Assembly (NCBI GenBank): GCA_944320775.1
Contig: CALUIV010000003.1
Location: 253-64,252 of the forward strand
DNA length: 64,000 bases
From: an uncultured Paraprevotella sp.
GTDB taxonomy: Bacteria; Bacteroidota; Bacteroidia; Bacteroidales; Bacteroidaceae
Reading direction: 5' to 3'
This document shows positions 1 through 9,851 of this stretch, piece by piece. The notes beneath the pieces are model-generated. The model was given only the letters and a program-made list of their open reading frames with translations, did not search any database and was not told the DNA's origin. The position numbers and the translations under genes were made by a program. The first letter of the stretch is position 1, and the number at the start of each line of letters is the position of its first letter.

Positions 1-1
1 T

Positions 2-931
2 TTAAAAGAGAACCGGATCGGACACCTGAATCAATATGACCGTTTCCATTTTATCAAAGGAAACATTGCAGACAAAGCTCTGATTAAGGAAGTTTTTACC
101 ACCTGGAAACCCGAAATAGTCGTCAATCTGGCAGCACAGGCCGGAGTGCGATACAGTATTCAAAATCCTGATGCTTATATTGAAAGCAATATTCTTGGTT
201 TCTACAACATTCTGGAAGCTTGCCGGCACAGTTATGACAACAGCCACAAAGGTGTGGAACATCTGGTCTATGCCAGTTCATCCAGCGTCTATGGTACCAA
301 TAAAAAAGTACCTTACAGCACAGAGGATTCCGTAGACCATCCCGTCAGCCTTTATGCTGCAACCAAGAAAAGCAACGAACTGATGGCCCATGCATACGCA
401 AAACTATACGACATACCGGTCACCGGACTTCGTTTCTTCACGGTGTATGGTCCGGCCGGACGCCCCGACATGGCCTATTTTGGATTTACAGACAAATTAC
501 GGGCCGGACAGAAAATCCAGATTTTCAATTATGGCAATTGCCAACGCGACTTCACCTATATTGACGACATTGTCGAAGGTGTGATACGAGTCATACAACA
601 TGCTCCGGAACGGAAAACCGGAACAGACGGACTTCCCGTTCCACCCTACAAACTCTATAATATAGGAAACAACAAACCGGAAAATCTGCTCGAATTTGTC
701 ACCATCCTTCAGGAAGAACTGATCCGGGCAGGCATTCTGCCTCCGGATTATGATTTCGAAGCCCACAAAGAACTCGTACCCATGCAACCGGGTGATGTGC
801 CAGTGACATATGCCGACACGAGCGCACTTGAAGCGGACTTCGGTTTCAAACCATCCACCCCACTGCGCACAGGATTGCGCGCCTTCGCGGAATGGTATGC
901 AGACTATTATCATCCATCTAAAACAAAATAA
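2..931 (+). CDS. NAD-dependent epimerase, UDP-glucuronate 4-epimerase-like (5' end outside window)
   Basis: Frame is open from base 2 ([11 protein letters not shown]...[11 protein letters not shown]). Extended SDR motifs [14 protein letters not shown] (YxxxK), [16 protein letters not shown]. Confidence 0.9.
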   Translation, partial: LKENRIGHLNQYDRFHFIKGNIADKALIKEVFTTWKPEIVVNLAAQAGVRYSIQNPDAYIESNILGFYNILEACRHSYDNSHKGVEHLVYASSSSVYGTNKKVPYSTEDSVDHPVSLYAATKKSNELMAHAYAKLYDIPVTGLRFFTVYGPAGRPDMAYFGFTDKLRAGQKIQIFNYGNCQRDFTYIDDIVEGVIRVIQHAPERKTGTDGLPVPPYKLYNIGNNKPENLLEFVTILQEELIRAGILPPDYDFEAHKELVPMQPGDVPVTYADTSALEADFGFKPSTPLRTGLRAFAEWYADYYHPSKTK

Positions 932-933
932 AT

Positions 934-2265
934 ATGAACGGAACCAAAGAGCTCAAAATCACCGTTGCCGGAACCGGATATGTCGGGTTGTCGATTGCAA
1001 CCCTGCTGGCGCAACACCACCAAGTGTATGCTGTTGACGTTATTCCGGAAAAGGTGGATAAAATCAACAACCGTATTTCACCGATTCAGGACGAGTATAT
1101 CGAAAAATATCTGACCGAGAAAGAACTTCGCCTGACTGCAACACTCGACGGCGCTTCAGCATACAAACAGGCTGACTTTATCGTTATTGCAGCTCCAACC
1201 AATTATGATCCGGTAAAAAATTACTTCGATACAAGTCATGTGGAAGAAGTGATCGACCTGGTGCTCAACGTAAACCCGGATGCCATCATGGTGATCAAAA
1301 GTACCATACCCGTAGGATACAGCCGTAGTCTGTACGTAAAATACGCTGAAAGATTCAGAACTGACCCTCATTTGCAGGGAAAGAAATTCAAGTTGCTGTT
1401 TTCACCGGAATTTCTGCGAGAGAGCAAAGCGCTCTACGACAATTTATACCCATCGCGTATTATTGTCGGTTACCCGAAACTGATTGAAGGACAAGAACTG
1501 GAAAATCAGGCAATCCGGGAAATTGCAGACGAGCACCTGGAAGAAGATGCAAGAATTTTTGCCGGTTTGCTTCAGGAAGGTGCCATAAAAGAAAATATCG
1601 AAACTTTATACATGGGGCTTAAAGAAGCGGAAGCAGTAAAACTATTCGCCAATACTTATCTGGCTCTACGCGTGTCTTATTTCAATGAACTGGATACATA
1701 TGCCGAACTCAAGGGGCTGGACACCAAGGCAATTATTGATGGAGTTTGTCTGGACCCGCGTATTGGAAGTCACTACAACAATCCTTCATTCGGCTACGGC
1801 GGTTATTGTCTGCCCAAAGACACCAAACAACTGCTTGCGAATTATGCGGATGTACCGGAAAATCTGATTGAAGCCATTGTCGAATCCAACCGTACCCGTA
1901 AGGATTTCATCGCCGACCGGGTGCTTAATCTGGCCGGATATTATAGCGCCAACTCAGTATGGAACATCCAACAAGAGCATCAGGTAACCATTGGTGTGTA
2001 CCGACTGACCATGAAATCAAACAGTGACAATTTCCGCCAAAGTTCCATTCAGGGGGTCATGAAACGAATCAAGGCCAAAGGAGCTACCGTAATTGTTTAT
2101 GAACCGACACTCGAAGACGGAAGTACATTCTTCGGTTCCAAAGTGGTAAACAATCTGGATGAGTTCAAACGGGAATCCCATGCAATCATTGCCAATCGTT
2201 ATGATGCGTGTCTGGACGATGTCGCTTCCAAAGTTTATACCCGAGATATTTTCAGAAGAGACTAA
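934..2265 (+). CDS. ugd: UDP-glucose 6-dehydrogenase
   Basis: GTGYVG Rossmann motif, [17 protein letters not shown] catalytic Cys. Confidence 0.93.
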   Translation: MNGTKELKITVAGTGYVGLSIATLLAQHHQVYAVDVIPEKVDKINNRISPIQDEYIEKYLTEKELRLTATLDGASAYKQADFIVIAAPTNYDPVKNYFDTSHVEEVIDLVLNVNPDAIMVIKSTIPVGYSRSLYVKYAERFRTDPHLQGKKFKLLFSPEFLRESKALYDNLYPSRIIVGYPKLIEGQELENQAIREIADEHLEEDARIFAGLLQEGAIKENIETLYMGLKEAEAVKLFANTYLALRVSYFNELDTYAELKGLDTKAIIDGVCLDPRIGSHYNNPSFGYGGYCLPKDTKQLLANYADVPENLIEAIVESNRTRKDFIADRVLNLAGYYSANSVWNIQQEHQVTIGVYRLTMKSNSDNFRQSSIQGVMKRIKAKGATVIVYEPTLEDGSTFFGSKVVNNLDEFKRESHAIIANRYDACLDDVASKVYTRDIFRRD

Positions 2266-2283
2266 AAACATAAAGCGATAAAA

Positions 2284-2874
2284 ATGGAAATCATTAAAAC
2301 AAACATAGAAGGCGTTGTCCTGTTGGAACCACGCATCTTTTACGATGACCGGGGCTATTTCTTTGAATCTTTTTCCGAAAAAGATTTTCATAACCTGGTT
2401 TGTTGCAACACCCGTTTTGTACAAGACAACGAAAGCCGGTCTTCTTATGGAGTCGTACGCGGACTTCATTTCCAGAAACCGCCTTTTGCACAAAGCAAAC
2501 TGGTACGTGTCATTCAGGGAGCTGTACTTGATGTGGCAGTAGACATCCGCAAAGGTTCTCCTACATTCGGACAACACGTAGCCGTGGAACTGAGTGAAGA
2601 AAACCATCGCCAGCTATTTATCCCCAGAGGATTTGCACACGGATTCAGTGTACTGACTCCCGAAGTGCTGTTCCAATATAAATGCGATAATTTCTATGCG
2701 CCTCAATCTGAAGGAGCTATTGCATGGGATGATCCGGACCTGAATATCGACTGGCGTATTCTGACAAACCAAGTAATCCTGTCGGAGAAAGACAAACATC
2801 ATACCCGGCTGAAAGATGCAGAATGGCTGTTTGATGCGAATACTGACTATTACGCCAATCCGGAGATAAAATGA
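2284..2874 (+). CDS. rfbC: dTDP-4-dehydrorhamnose 3,5-epimerase
   Basis: DDRGYFFE, FVQDNES, RGLHFQ, DVAVDIRKGSPTFG, GFAHGF. Confidence 0.95.
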   Translation: MEIIKTNIEGVVLLEPRIFYDDRGYFFESFSEKDFHNLVCCNTRFVQDNESRSSYGVVRGLHFQKPPFAQSKLVRVIQGAVLDVAVDIRKGSPTFGQHVAVELSEENHRQLFIPRGFAHGFSVLTPEVLFQYKCDNFYAPQSEGAIAWDDPDLNIDWRILTNQVILSEKDKHHTRLKDAEWLFDANTDYYANPEIK

Positions 2875-4361
2875 AAAGATTAGCCCTATTCATGGCCCTA
2901 TTGGGATGTACCTCCTGGATATCCGGACAGACATCCACAGATTCGTTATCCTATCAGTTAGAAACTGCCGCAACAGCTGGTGGAGGAGATTTTGCCCCAC
3001 TCTGGTTTTCGGCAAACCGTTACGGATTGTCCAGTGTCCAACCCAACAGTGTATGGTTGTCGGCCGGTATGCGTTATGACAAAAAAATGAAGCATCACTG
3101 GAAACTCCAGACGGGTATAGAACTGGCAACAGGATATGGTCTGACACAAGAATTTATCCTGCAACAAGCCTATGCAGGCATTGCCTGGAGATGTCTTCAG
3201 CTAAGTATCGGAAGCAAAGAACGAAAACCGCTGATTAAAGACCTCTACTTAAGCAGTGGCGCATTGATCGAAGAAGGAAACGCACGTCCGATTCCTCAGG
3301 TACGGGCTGAAATAGAAAATTACGTAGCAGTACCGGGAACCAAAAACTGGCTGTGGTTCAAAGGACATTTCTCTTATGGCATTTTTACCGACGGAAACTG
3401 GCAAGAAGAACACGCCCGCTCCCAATCACGTACGTACGTAAAAAACACCTTGTACCATTCCAAATCGGCCATGTTTAAAGTGGGCAATACGGAAAAGCGG
3501 CCATGGGACATTGAAATCGGATTACTGGTTTCCTCTCAATTCGCCGGAGACCAGTATCAATGGAATACTGAAACCCAACAATGGGATGTATTCAATATGC
3601 CTGCCGGATTTAAAGATTTCATCAAAATGATTCTCCCGACGCAAGGAGGGAACGACACGCCGAACGGAGACCAGGTTAATGTTGCCGGAAACTATATTGG
3701 AAGTTGGAATGCCGCTTTCAGTTACTATTGGCATGACTGGAAGTTCCGTATCTATTATGAACATATGTTTGAAGACGAATCACAGATGTTCATGCAATAC
3801 GGTCGCTGGAAAGACGGACATATCGGTCTGGAAGTCACCTGCCCGGACAATCCCTGGGTCAGCAAACTGTTATGGGAAGGCCTGGCTACAAAAGACCAGA
3901 CCGGACCAATCCTTTTCGATGGTTTCGTACAAAGTCTTCCCGACCACCAGATTAGTGCCTGTGACGATTATTACAACAATTATTTTTATCAAAGCTGGCA
4001 ACACTGGGGAATGGGTATGGGTAACCCGTTGCTCCCCGGTCCGATCTACAACCGGAACGGTAGTATGATGTTCCGGAGTAACCGGGTTCGAAGCAATCAT
4101 TTCGGAATCTGCGGCAACCCGACCAACGAATGGAGTTATCGGATTCTGTTGAGCGAAGCCCGGCATTGGGGAACCTACAACAATCCTTTCGACAACATCA
4201 AACGACAATTTTCATCGCTCTATGAAGTCAACTATCATCCCGTACAACTTCCCGGATGGAACTTCAGTGCTTCATTAGGTTTGGACAGGGGTACACTTTT
4301 GGGCAATAATACAGCCGGTATGATTACGATTAAAAAAGAAGGATGGTTATGGAAAAAATAA
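2871..4361 (+). CDS. Capsule assembly Wzi family outer-membrane protein
   Basis: Signal peptide; APLWFSANRYGLSS, SSGAL..GNARPIPQVR and YNNYFY..WQHWG..MGNPLL segments typical of Bacteroidales Wzi-like barrels; ATGA overlap with rfbC. Confidence 0.75.
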   Translation: MKRLALFMALLGCTSWISGQTSTDSLSYQLETAATAGGGDFAPLWFSANRYGLSSVQPNSVWLSAGMRYDKKMKHHWKLQTGIELATGYGLTQEFILQQAYAGIAWRCLQLSIGSKERKPLIKDLYLSSGALIEEGNARPIPQVRAEIENYVAVPGTKNWLWFKGHFSYGIFTDGNWQEEHARSQSRTYVKNTLYHSKSAMFKVGNTEKRPWDIEIGLLVSSQFAGDQYQWNTETQQWDVFNMPAGFKDFIKMILPTQGGNDTPNGDQVNVAGNYIGSWNAAFSYYWHDWKFRIYYEHMFEDESQMFMQYGRWKDGHIGLEVTCPDNPWVSKLLWEGLATKDQTGPILFDGFVQSLPDHQISACDDYYNNYFYQSWQHWGMGMGNPLLPGPIYNRNGSMMFRSNRVRSNHFGICGNPTNEWSYRILLSEARHWGTYNNPFDNIKRQFSSLYEVNYHPVQLPGWNFSASLGLDRGTLLGNNTAGMITIKKEGWLWKK

Positions 4362-4813
4362 AAAAGAACAATATTTACGGCGTTTTCGGATTACTTCTGC
4401 TCCTCCTGTTTACAGGCAGTTGCGATAAAAAATGGCCTCAGAACGGAAATCTAGACGGACAGTGGCAATTACAGGAAATTGTTGACAAACAAACGAACGA
4501 TACCATTCACCCCAGACGGCTTTATTATCGCATCCAACTGGACATGGTCGAACTGACCAGCCTGAACGGAGATCCGGCCCAAAATGTAATCGGCCTGTTT
4601 GACTATAACAAGGAAGGCAAACAAGTGCGTTTTTATGAATTTCACGAACGTAATTATGCCACAACCGGAGCATATGATAAAATTACGGACGAAACGGTTC
4701 TCTATCCTTACGGACTTTTCGGTTTAGACACCTATTTCCAGATTATACGGGCTGACGGAAAACAGTTGATCCTCGAATCTGAACGTTCCAGACTTAAAAT
4801 GAGAAGTTTCTGA
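4343..4813 (+). CDS. Lipocalin-like domain lipoprotein
   Basis: Hydrophobic stretch with lipobox TGSC followed by NGNLDGQWQL; overlaps the Wzi stop (start may be 4349). Confidence 0.65.
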   Translation: MVMEKIKKNNIYGVFGLLLLLLFTGSCDKKWPQNGNLDGQWQLQEIVDKQTNDTIHPRRLYYRIQLDMVELTSLNGDPAQNVIGLFDYNKEGKQVRFYEFHERNYATTGAYDKITDETVLYPYGLFGLDTYFQIIRADGKQLILESERSRLKMRSF

Positions 4814-4832
4814 TATAAGACTTTTAAACATC

Positions 4833-4881
4833 AAAAGAGCACTTTATACATTTCACGGATGAAATTATAAAGTGCTCTTTT
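4833..4881. terminator. Bidirectional intrinsic terminator
   Basis: aaaagagcactttata (4833-4848) pairs with tataaagtgctctttt (4866-4881), with inner atttca-cgga-tgaaat; lies between convergent genes. Confidence 0.85.
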
Positions 4882-4897
4882 TGTATAGAAACGTTTA

Positions 4898-5329
4898 CTA
4901 CTTCTTTCCAAAAACACGAGACCAAAAACCAGGTTTCGGTTGTTCTTCCTCTTCGTAAACAGAATTTGAAAGTAAATCTTCGTATGATAATTTCTTTGTG
5001 ACCATCTCATAAATTGTTCCCCAATCAGGCAAACCACCCAAATTCCGGTCATCAATAAAAAGATCGGCCTTCAACTTTCTGGAAAAATAATCATGCCCTA
5101 GTTGTTCCTCAGGATAATTTCTGTTTACTGCATAAAATTCCAAACCACGTTCACGACAAAACGCAACGGCATCATCCAACAATTTTCCTTCACGCACGCT
5201 CCAAAGAATCAGTTTATGATGTTCGTTTTTCAATTTTTTCAGCGTATCAATAGCAAATGGTATTTCATTTCCAATCTTCGGATATTTATGCTCGACGATT
5301 GTACCATCGAAATCTACAGCAATAATCAT
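4898..5329 (-). CDS. BT0820-like HAD-type phosphatase
   Basis: IIAVDFDGTIV HAD motif I, LILWSVREG, LFIDDRNLGG. Confidence 0.8.
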   Translation of the reverse strand: MIIAVDFDGTIVEHKYPKIGNEIPFAIDTLKKLKNEHHKLILWSVREGKLLDDAVAFCRERGLEFYAVNRNYPEEQLGHDYFSRKLKADLFIDDRNLGGLPDWGTIYEMVTKKLSYEDLLSNSVYEEEEQPKPGFWSRVFGKK

Positions 5330-5461
5330 GGACTTATCTATTTAATGTTACAACTTATGTATGTTAAAAAGCATGACAAAAATACGGCATTAAATCGAAT
5401 ATTCAAAGTTGATTTCAATTATTAATATTTATTATTATGCACTTAGGAAACAATATACCAT

Positions 5462-5508
5462 AAAAACGGCCGTTTTTTCCTTGTTTCCAAGCAAAAAAAC
5501 GGCCGTTT
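5462..5508 (-). terminator. Terminator downstream of ilvC
   Basis: aaaaacggccgtttttt / aaaaaaacggccgttt inverted repeat about 35 bp after the ilvC stop. Confidence 0.75.
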
Positions 5509-5541
5509 ATTATTGTGCGTAATTATTGAGTCGAGCAACTA

Positions 5542-6585
5542 TTAGTTGTTCTCCGGACGCAACTTACGAACGGTTTCAGCTGTACGCCACATTTCACTAT
5601 CGTGCAAAGCCTGAAGTTCTTTTTCCAGTTTCTCACGGTAATCCGGCTGAGAATTGGAATCGATTGAAATCTGTGCTTCGTTACCAGTTTTTACTGATTC
5701 GTACAATTTCTGCATCACCGGCTTGATGGCATCGTGGAACGGGCCCATCCAATCCAAAGCACCACGCTGAGCTGTCGTAGAACAGTTGGCATACATCCAG
5801 TCCATACCCTTCTGTGCAAACAAAGGCATCAGAGACTGAGTCAACTCTTCAACCGTCTCATTAAAGGCTTCAGACGGTGTATGACCATTCTCACGCAACA
5901 CCTCATACTGAGCCAGCAACAGACCTTGAATAGCACCCATCAAAGATCCACGCTCTCCCGTCAGGTCCGAATAAACCTCACGTTTGAAAGTAGTCTCAAA
6001 CAAATATCCGGAACCGATACCGATTCCAAAAGCCAACGTACGGTTCAAAGCATTACCAGTTGCGTCCTGATAAACAGCATAAGAACTGTTCAAGCCACGA
6101 CCTTCAAGGAACATCGTACGCAATGAAGTGCCGGAACCTTTCGGAGCTACCATAATGACATCGATATCTGCAGGCGGGATAATGTTGGTTCTCTCTTTAT
6201 AAGTGATACCAAAACCATGAGAGAAATAAAGCGCCTTACCCGGAGTCAGGAATTCCTTTATTTTCGGCCATACCGCAATCTGAGCAGCGTCAGAAAGCAA
6301 CATACAAACGATTGTTCCTTTTTGAGCGGCTTCTTCCAGTGAAAGCAAGGTCTCACCCGGAACCCAACCGTCTGCTACAGCCTTATCATATGTTTTACCT
6401 GGGCGCTGGCCGACAATTACATTAAAACCGTTGTCTCGCAAATTACATGCCTGACCCGGTCCCTGTACACCATAGCCCAAAACTGCGATCGTCTCATTCT
6501 TTAAAATCTCACGTGCTTTTTCCAATGGAAATTCTTCGCGGGTCATCACATTTTCGATAACACCGCCAAAATTCATTTCTGCCAT
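5542..6585 (-). CDS. ilvC: Ketol-acid reductoisomerase
   Basis: GYGVQGPGQA NADPH-binding motif, FSHGF, VAPKGSG, DLTGERGSLMG. Confidence 0.95.
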   Translation of the reverse strand: MAEMNFGGVIENVMTREEFPLEKAREILKNETIAVLGYGVQGPGQACNLRDNGFNVIVGQRPGKTYDKAVADGWVPGETLLSLEEAAQKGTIVCMLLSDAAQIAVWPKIKEFLTPGKALYFSHGFGITYKERTNIIPPADIDVIMVAPKGSGTSLRTMFLEGRGLNSSYAVYQDATGNALNRTLAFGIGIGSGYLFETTFKREVYSDLTGERGSLMGAIQGLLLAQYEVLRENGHTPSEAFNETVEELTQSLMPLFAQKGMDWMYANCSTTAQRGALDWMGPFHDAIKPVMQKLYESVKTGNEAQISIDSNSQPDYREKLEKELQALHDSEMWRTAETVRKLRPENN

Positions 6586-6689
6586 GTTTTTTAAAATCTT
6601 TATTTGGTTTCCCCTTTTACCTTTATATATGGTAGTTTCAGAAACCTTGTGTTATTCAATAAATATTGATTTCATGTTTTATTTAGTAG

Positions 6690-6697
6690 CAAAGTTA
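6690..6697 (-). promoter_or_regulatory. Bacteroidetes -7 promoter element (TAACTTTG) for ilvC
   Basis: Matches TAnnTTTG, about 105 bp upstream of the ilvC start. Confidence 0.55.
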
Positions 6698-6729
6698 CAA
6701 AATATTTTTAAACAGCCTAATAAAAGATA

Positions 6730-7497
6730 CTATTTATTACGAAAAATAATTTTTCCGCGACAAACTACCTCTCCAACCGATTGCCCTTCTGCTACATTTT
6801 TACGCACTTCAATGTCGTATTCTTCATCACCGACCTGTTCTTTAAAGAAACTTAACCGATCGCCACTATAACTTTCGGCCACATAGGCAACCTCAAAACG
6901 GCGTACAGTCTTAACAGCATACCAGTCTTTCGGAAACAGGTCCATAATGTGTTCAATATATTTTATACTGTTTACATGCCCATTAATATCAATGTCGCTA
7001 TATTGTACATCAATTGTCCGGCAAGGCTGTTTCTCGTTCACCTTAATGCGTCCCGGCTTACTGATCGGACAAGGTTTTTCCGATTCTATATAATCCACAA
7101 TCGTTCCACCATGAAGCGTCAGTAAATCGGCTGGTTTACGGGTATCCAAATTGATCATAGCCCAAATAGAACGGGCATAACCATATATCTTGCCATCTTT
7201 ACCCGTAATAGCGAAATTTCGGTCGGTAAAAAGACGATAAACATTTTCAATCCATGTTTCCACCGTAAACGATTCGTATTCCCGAGGCATTTCTTCCATT
7301 TCGATAGCCAGTCTCGAAAGAACCCAAGTATAATTGCTTTCGTTAAGACGGGCGATTCCAAATCCACGCTCCGTAGCATGAAAACCGGCACTATTCAAGA
7401 GATGATTCCCCAAAACTCCCATAAAAAGCCGACCACAGAAATCGACATGGAAAGGTTCGGCTACATAATTATAAGCACTAACTTTGCACTTGCTCAT
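6730..7497 (-). CDS. Acyl-[ACP] thioesterase
   Basis: Double hotdog fold: EPFHVDF.G, WVLSRL.IEM, SDIDINGHVNSIKY catalytic motif. ATG 7497 is preferred over 7542, which overlaps ilvN. Confidence 0.88.
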   Translation of the reverse strand: MSKCKVSAYNYVAEPFHVDFCGRLFMGVLGNHLLNSAGFHATERGFGIARLNESNYTWVLSRLAIEMEEMPREYESFTVETWIENVYRLFTDRNFAITGKDGKIYGYARSIWAMINLDTRKPADLLTLHGGTIVDYIESEKPCPISKPGRIKVNEKQPCRTIDVQYSDIDINGHVNSIKYIEHIMDLFPKDWYAVKTVRRFEVAYVAESYSGDRLSFFKEQVGDEEYDIEVRKNVAEGQSVGEVVCRGKIIFRNK

Positions 7498-7531
7498 GTT
7501 TCTTGTTTCTGTATTAAATCCGAATCCGAAC

Positions 7532-8122
7532 TTATAAATCACATGCAGACGATTCTTTTGCCTGCTGTTTTTTCATATTATCATATGCTTCCTTACGTTC
7601 AGCCAAATAACGATCGAGGTATTCTATACAGCTCTTCGTCACGGCTATTCGTCCGGAACGCACATACTGCAACACACAACCATAATCATTCAGGGCATGA
7701 TAGAGCGACATAATATCTTCGGTCATGCCACGCTTCGTCACTATCGTATAAGTAGGATTCATTTCAACAATCTGTCCGCCATGTTTTCGGATTTCCTTGG
7801 AAATCATCGGATTGTTTATTGCAATCTCTGTAGTCAGCTTATATAACCCTACTTCTTGGATAAAAATCTCATCATCCGTAAAATAATTAGCCTGAAGCAC
7901 ATCAATCTTTTTTTCGATCTGCTTGGTAATCGTCGAAATCTGTTCTTCGGTACTCCAACAGGTAATTGTGTACTTATGAACTCCCTTAATGCTTGATGCC
8001 GAAACATTCAAACTTTCAATATTTACCTGACGACGCGTAAAAACAGCTGTCACCTGATTCAAAACACCCGCAAAATTCTCCGAGAAAACCAGTAACGTAT
8101 AAAATTTCTTATCTTGTTCCAT
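7532..8122 (-). CDS. ilvN: Acetolactate synthase small regulatory subunit
   Basis: ACT domain ENFAGVLNQVTAVFTRRQVNIESLNV; C-terminal VRSGRIAV. Confidence 0.92.
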   Translation of the reverse strand: MEQDKKFYTLLVFSENFAGVLNQVTAVFTRRQVNIESLNVSASSIKGVHKYTITCWSTEEQISTITKQIEKKIDVLQANYFTDDEIFIQEVGLYKLTTEIAINNPMISKEIRKHGGQIVEMNPTYTIVTKRGMTEDIMSLYHALNDYGCVLQYVRSGRIAVTKSCIEYLDRYLAERKEAYDNMKKQQAKESSACDL

Positions 8123-8126
8123 ACCT

Positions 8127-9833
8127 TTAATCTTTTTTTATCTGCAACAACATATCATCCACATCATTTCCCGGACTGCACATCGGCATCACCTCGCCTT
8201 CTTCAATGACAGCCACTTGTAAAAGATAAGGACCTTCCGTATGGATCATACGATCGATAGCAGCCTCCAGTTCTTCACGGGCAACAACCGTTTCATTCGG
8301 AATATTATAGGCAGAAGCGATCATATTGTAATCCGGATTTAACATCGGTGTAAATGAATACCGGCGATGGAAAAACATTTCCTGCCACTGACGAACATTT
8401 CCCAAATAGTTATTGTTAAGCAAAATCATCTTAACCGGTGCACCTTGTTCCATAATCGTACCGAACTCCTGTATGGTCATCTGAATACCACCATCGCCCA
8501 TAAACAAACAAACCAGACGATCCGGAGCTCCAAAAGTTGCTCCAATCGCAGCCGGAATTCCAAATCCCATAGTACCCATACCACCAGATGTAACGATACT
8601 TCTCTTTTTCGTAAATTTGAAATAACGCGCAGAAAGCATTTGGTTTTGACCGACATCCGTTACCAAAATTGCCTCGTTTCCTGTCATTTCAGTAACCTTA
8701 CGTACAACCTCACCCATTTTTATCGGTCCGTCCTGAGGATGAATTTCCGGCTCAATTACAATGCGACGTTCTTCCTCATGATGCACCTCAAAACTGTCAA
8801 TCCATTCCGTATGCTGTTGTTTTTTCATTAACGCAGTCACGGCAGCCAATGTATCCTTACAGTTACCTAATACGGCCAAATCAACCGGTACGTTCTTATT
8901 TACCTCACTGGGATCTATCTCAAAATGAATCTTGCGGGCCTGCTTGGCATATGTACTCAAATTTCCCGTAATCCGATCGTCGAAACGCATACCTACGGCT
9001 ATCAACAGATCACACTCCTGAGTCTTACGATTACTAGCCAGACTGCCATGCATACCCAACATACCCATATTCAAACGATGATCAGAAGGCAAGGCGGACA
9101 ATCCTAACAAAGTACATCCCGCCGGCATGTCAGCCAATTCCAGGAACTGAAGCAATTCTTCCTGTGCTTCGCCCAGCTCGACACCTTGACCGACCAAAAC
9201 CAAAGGCCGTTTTGCCTCATTAATCATACGTGCAGCCTCAACGACTGATTCCGGATCGGTTTTAGGAACAGGAACATAACTTCGTACAAAATCCACATTC
9301 TCCGGTTCGTAATCAACCATACCAACCTGAGCATTTTTTGCAAAGTCCAAAACTACAGGCCCCGGACGTCCGGAGCGTGCAATATAAAAAGCCCGACTGA
9401 CAGCCCAGGCAATATCCTCCGGACGACGAATCTGATAAGCCCATTTTGATATAGGTTGGGTCACACCAACCAAATCACACTCTTGAAAAGCATCAGATCC
9501 CAACATATTGGCACCTACCTGACCACAAATCACAACTATCGGCGTACTATCCATCATTGCATCAGCAATACCGGTAATCGTATTAGTTGCTCCCGGTCCA
9601 CTCGTTACCAAACAGACACCTACTTTTCCAGACACACGGGCATACCCCTGAGCTGCATGTGCAGCTCCCTGTTCATGACGAACCAAAACATGATTCAATG
9701 TGTCCTTATGATCGTAAAGTGCATCAAATACCGGCATAATAGCTCCTCCCGGATATCCGAAAAGCGTCGTAACCCCTTCATTCTCCAAAGAACGCATTAA
9801 AGCCTCCGCACCTGTAATTCTCTGTTTTTCCAT
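8127..9833 (-). CDS. ilvB: Acetolactate synthase large subunit
   Basis: FGYPGGAIMP, RHEQGA, TSGPGATN, GMRFDDR, GDGGIQM...NN ThDP motif. Confidence 0.96.
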   Translation of the reverse strand: MEKQRITGAEALMRSLENEGVTTLFGYPGGAIMPVFDALYDHKDTLNHVLVRHEQGAAHAAQGYARVSGKVGVCLVTSGPGATNTITGIADAMMDSTPIVVICGQVGANMLGSDAFQECDLVGVTQPISKWAYQIRRPEDIAWAVSRAFYIARSGRPGPVVLDFAKNAQVGMVDYEPENVDFVRSYVPVPKTDPESVVEAARMINEAKRPLVLVGQGVELGEAQEELLQFLELADMPAGCTLLGLSALPSDHRLNMGMLGMHGSLASNRKTQECDLLIAVGMRFDDRITGNLSTYAKQARKIHFEIDPSEVNKNVPVDLAVLGNCKDTLAAVTALMKKQQHTEWIDSFEVHHEEERRIVIEPEIHPQDGPIKMGEVVRKVTEMTGNEAILVTDVGQNQMLSARYFKFTKKRSIVTSGGMGTMGFGIPAAIGATFGAPDRLVCLFMGDGGIQMTIQEFGTIMEQGAPVKMILLNNNYLGNVRQWQEMFFHRRYSFTPMLNPDYNMIASAYNIPNETVVAREELEAAIDRMIHTEGPYLLQVAVIEEGEVMPMCSPGNDVDDMLLQIKKD

Positions 9834-9851
9834 GATATATAATACTACCTT

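Noticed and set aside
1-5500. Invertible capsule promoter or UpxY/UpxZ control elements
   Set aside because: Only the 3' end of the locus is in the window; no such elements are visible.
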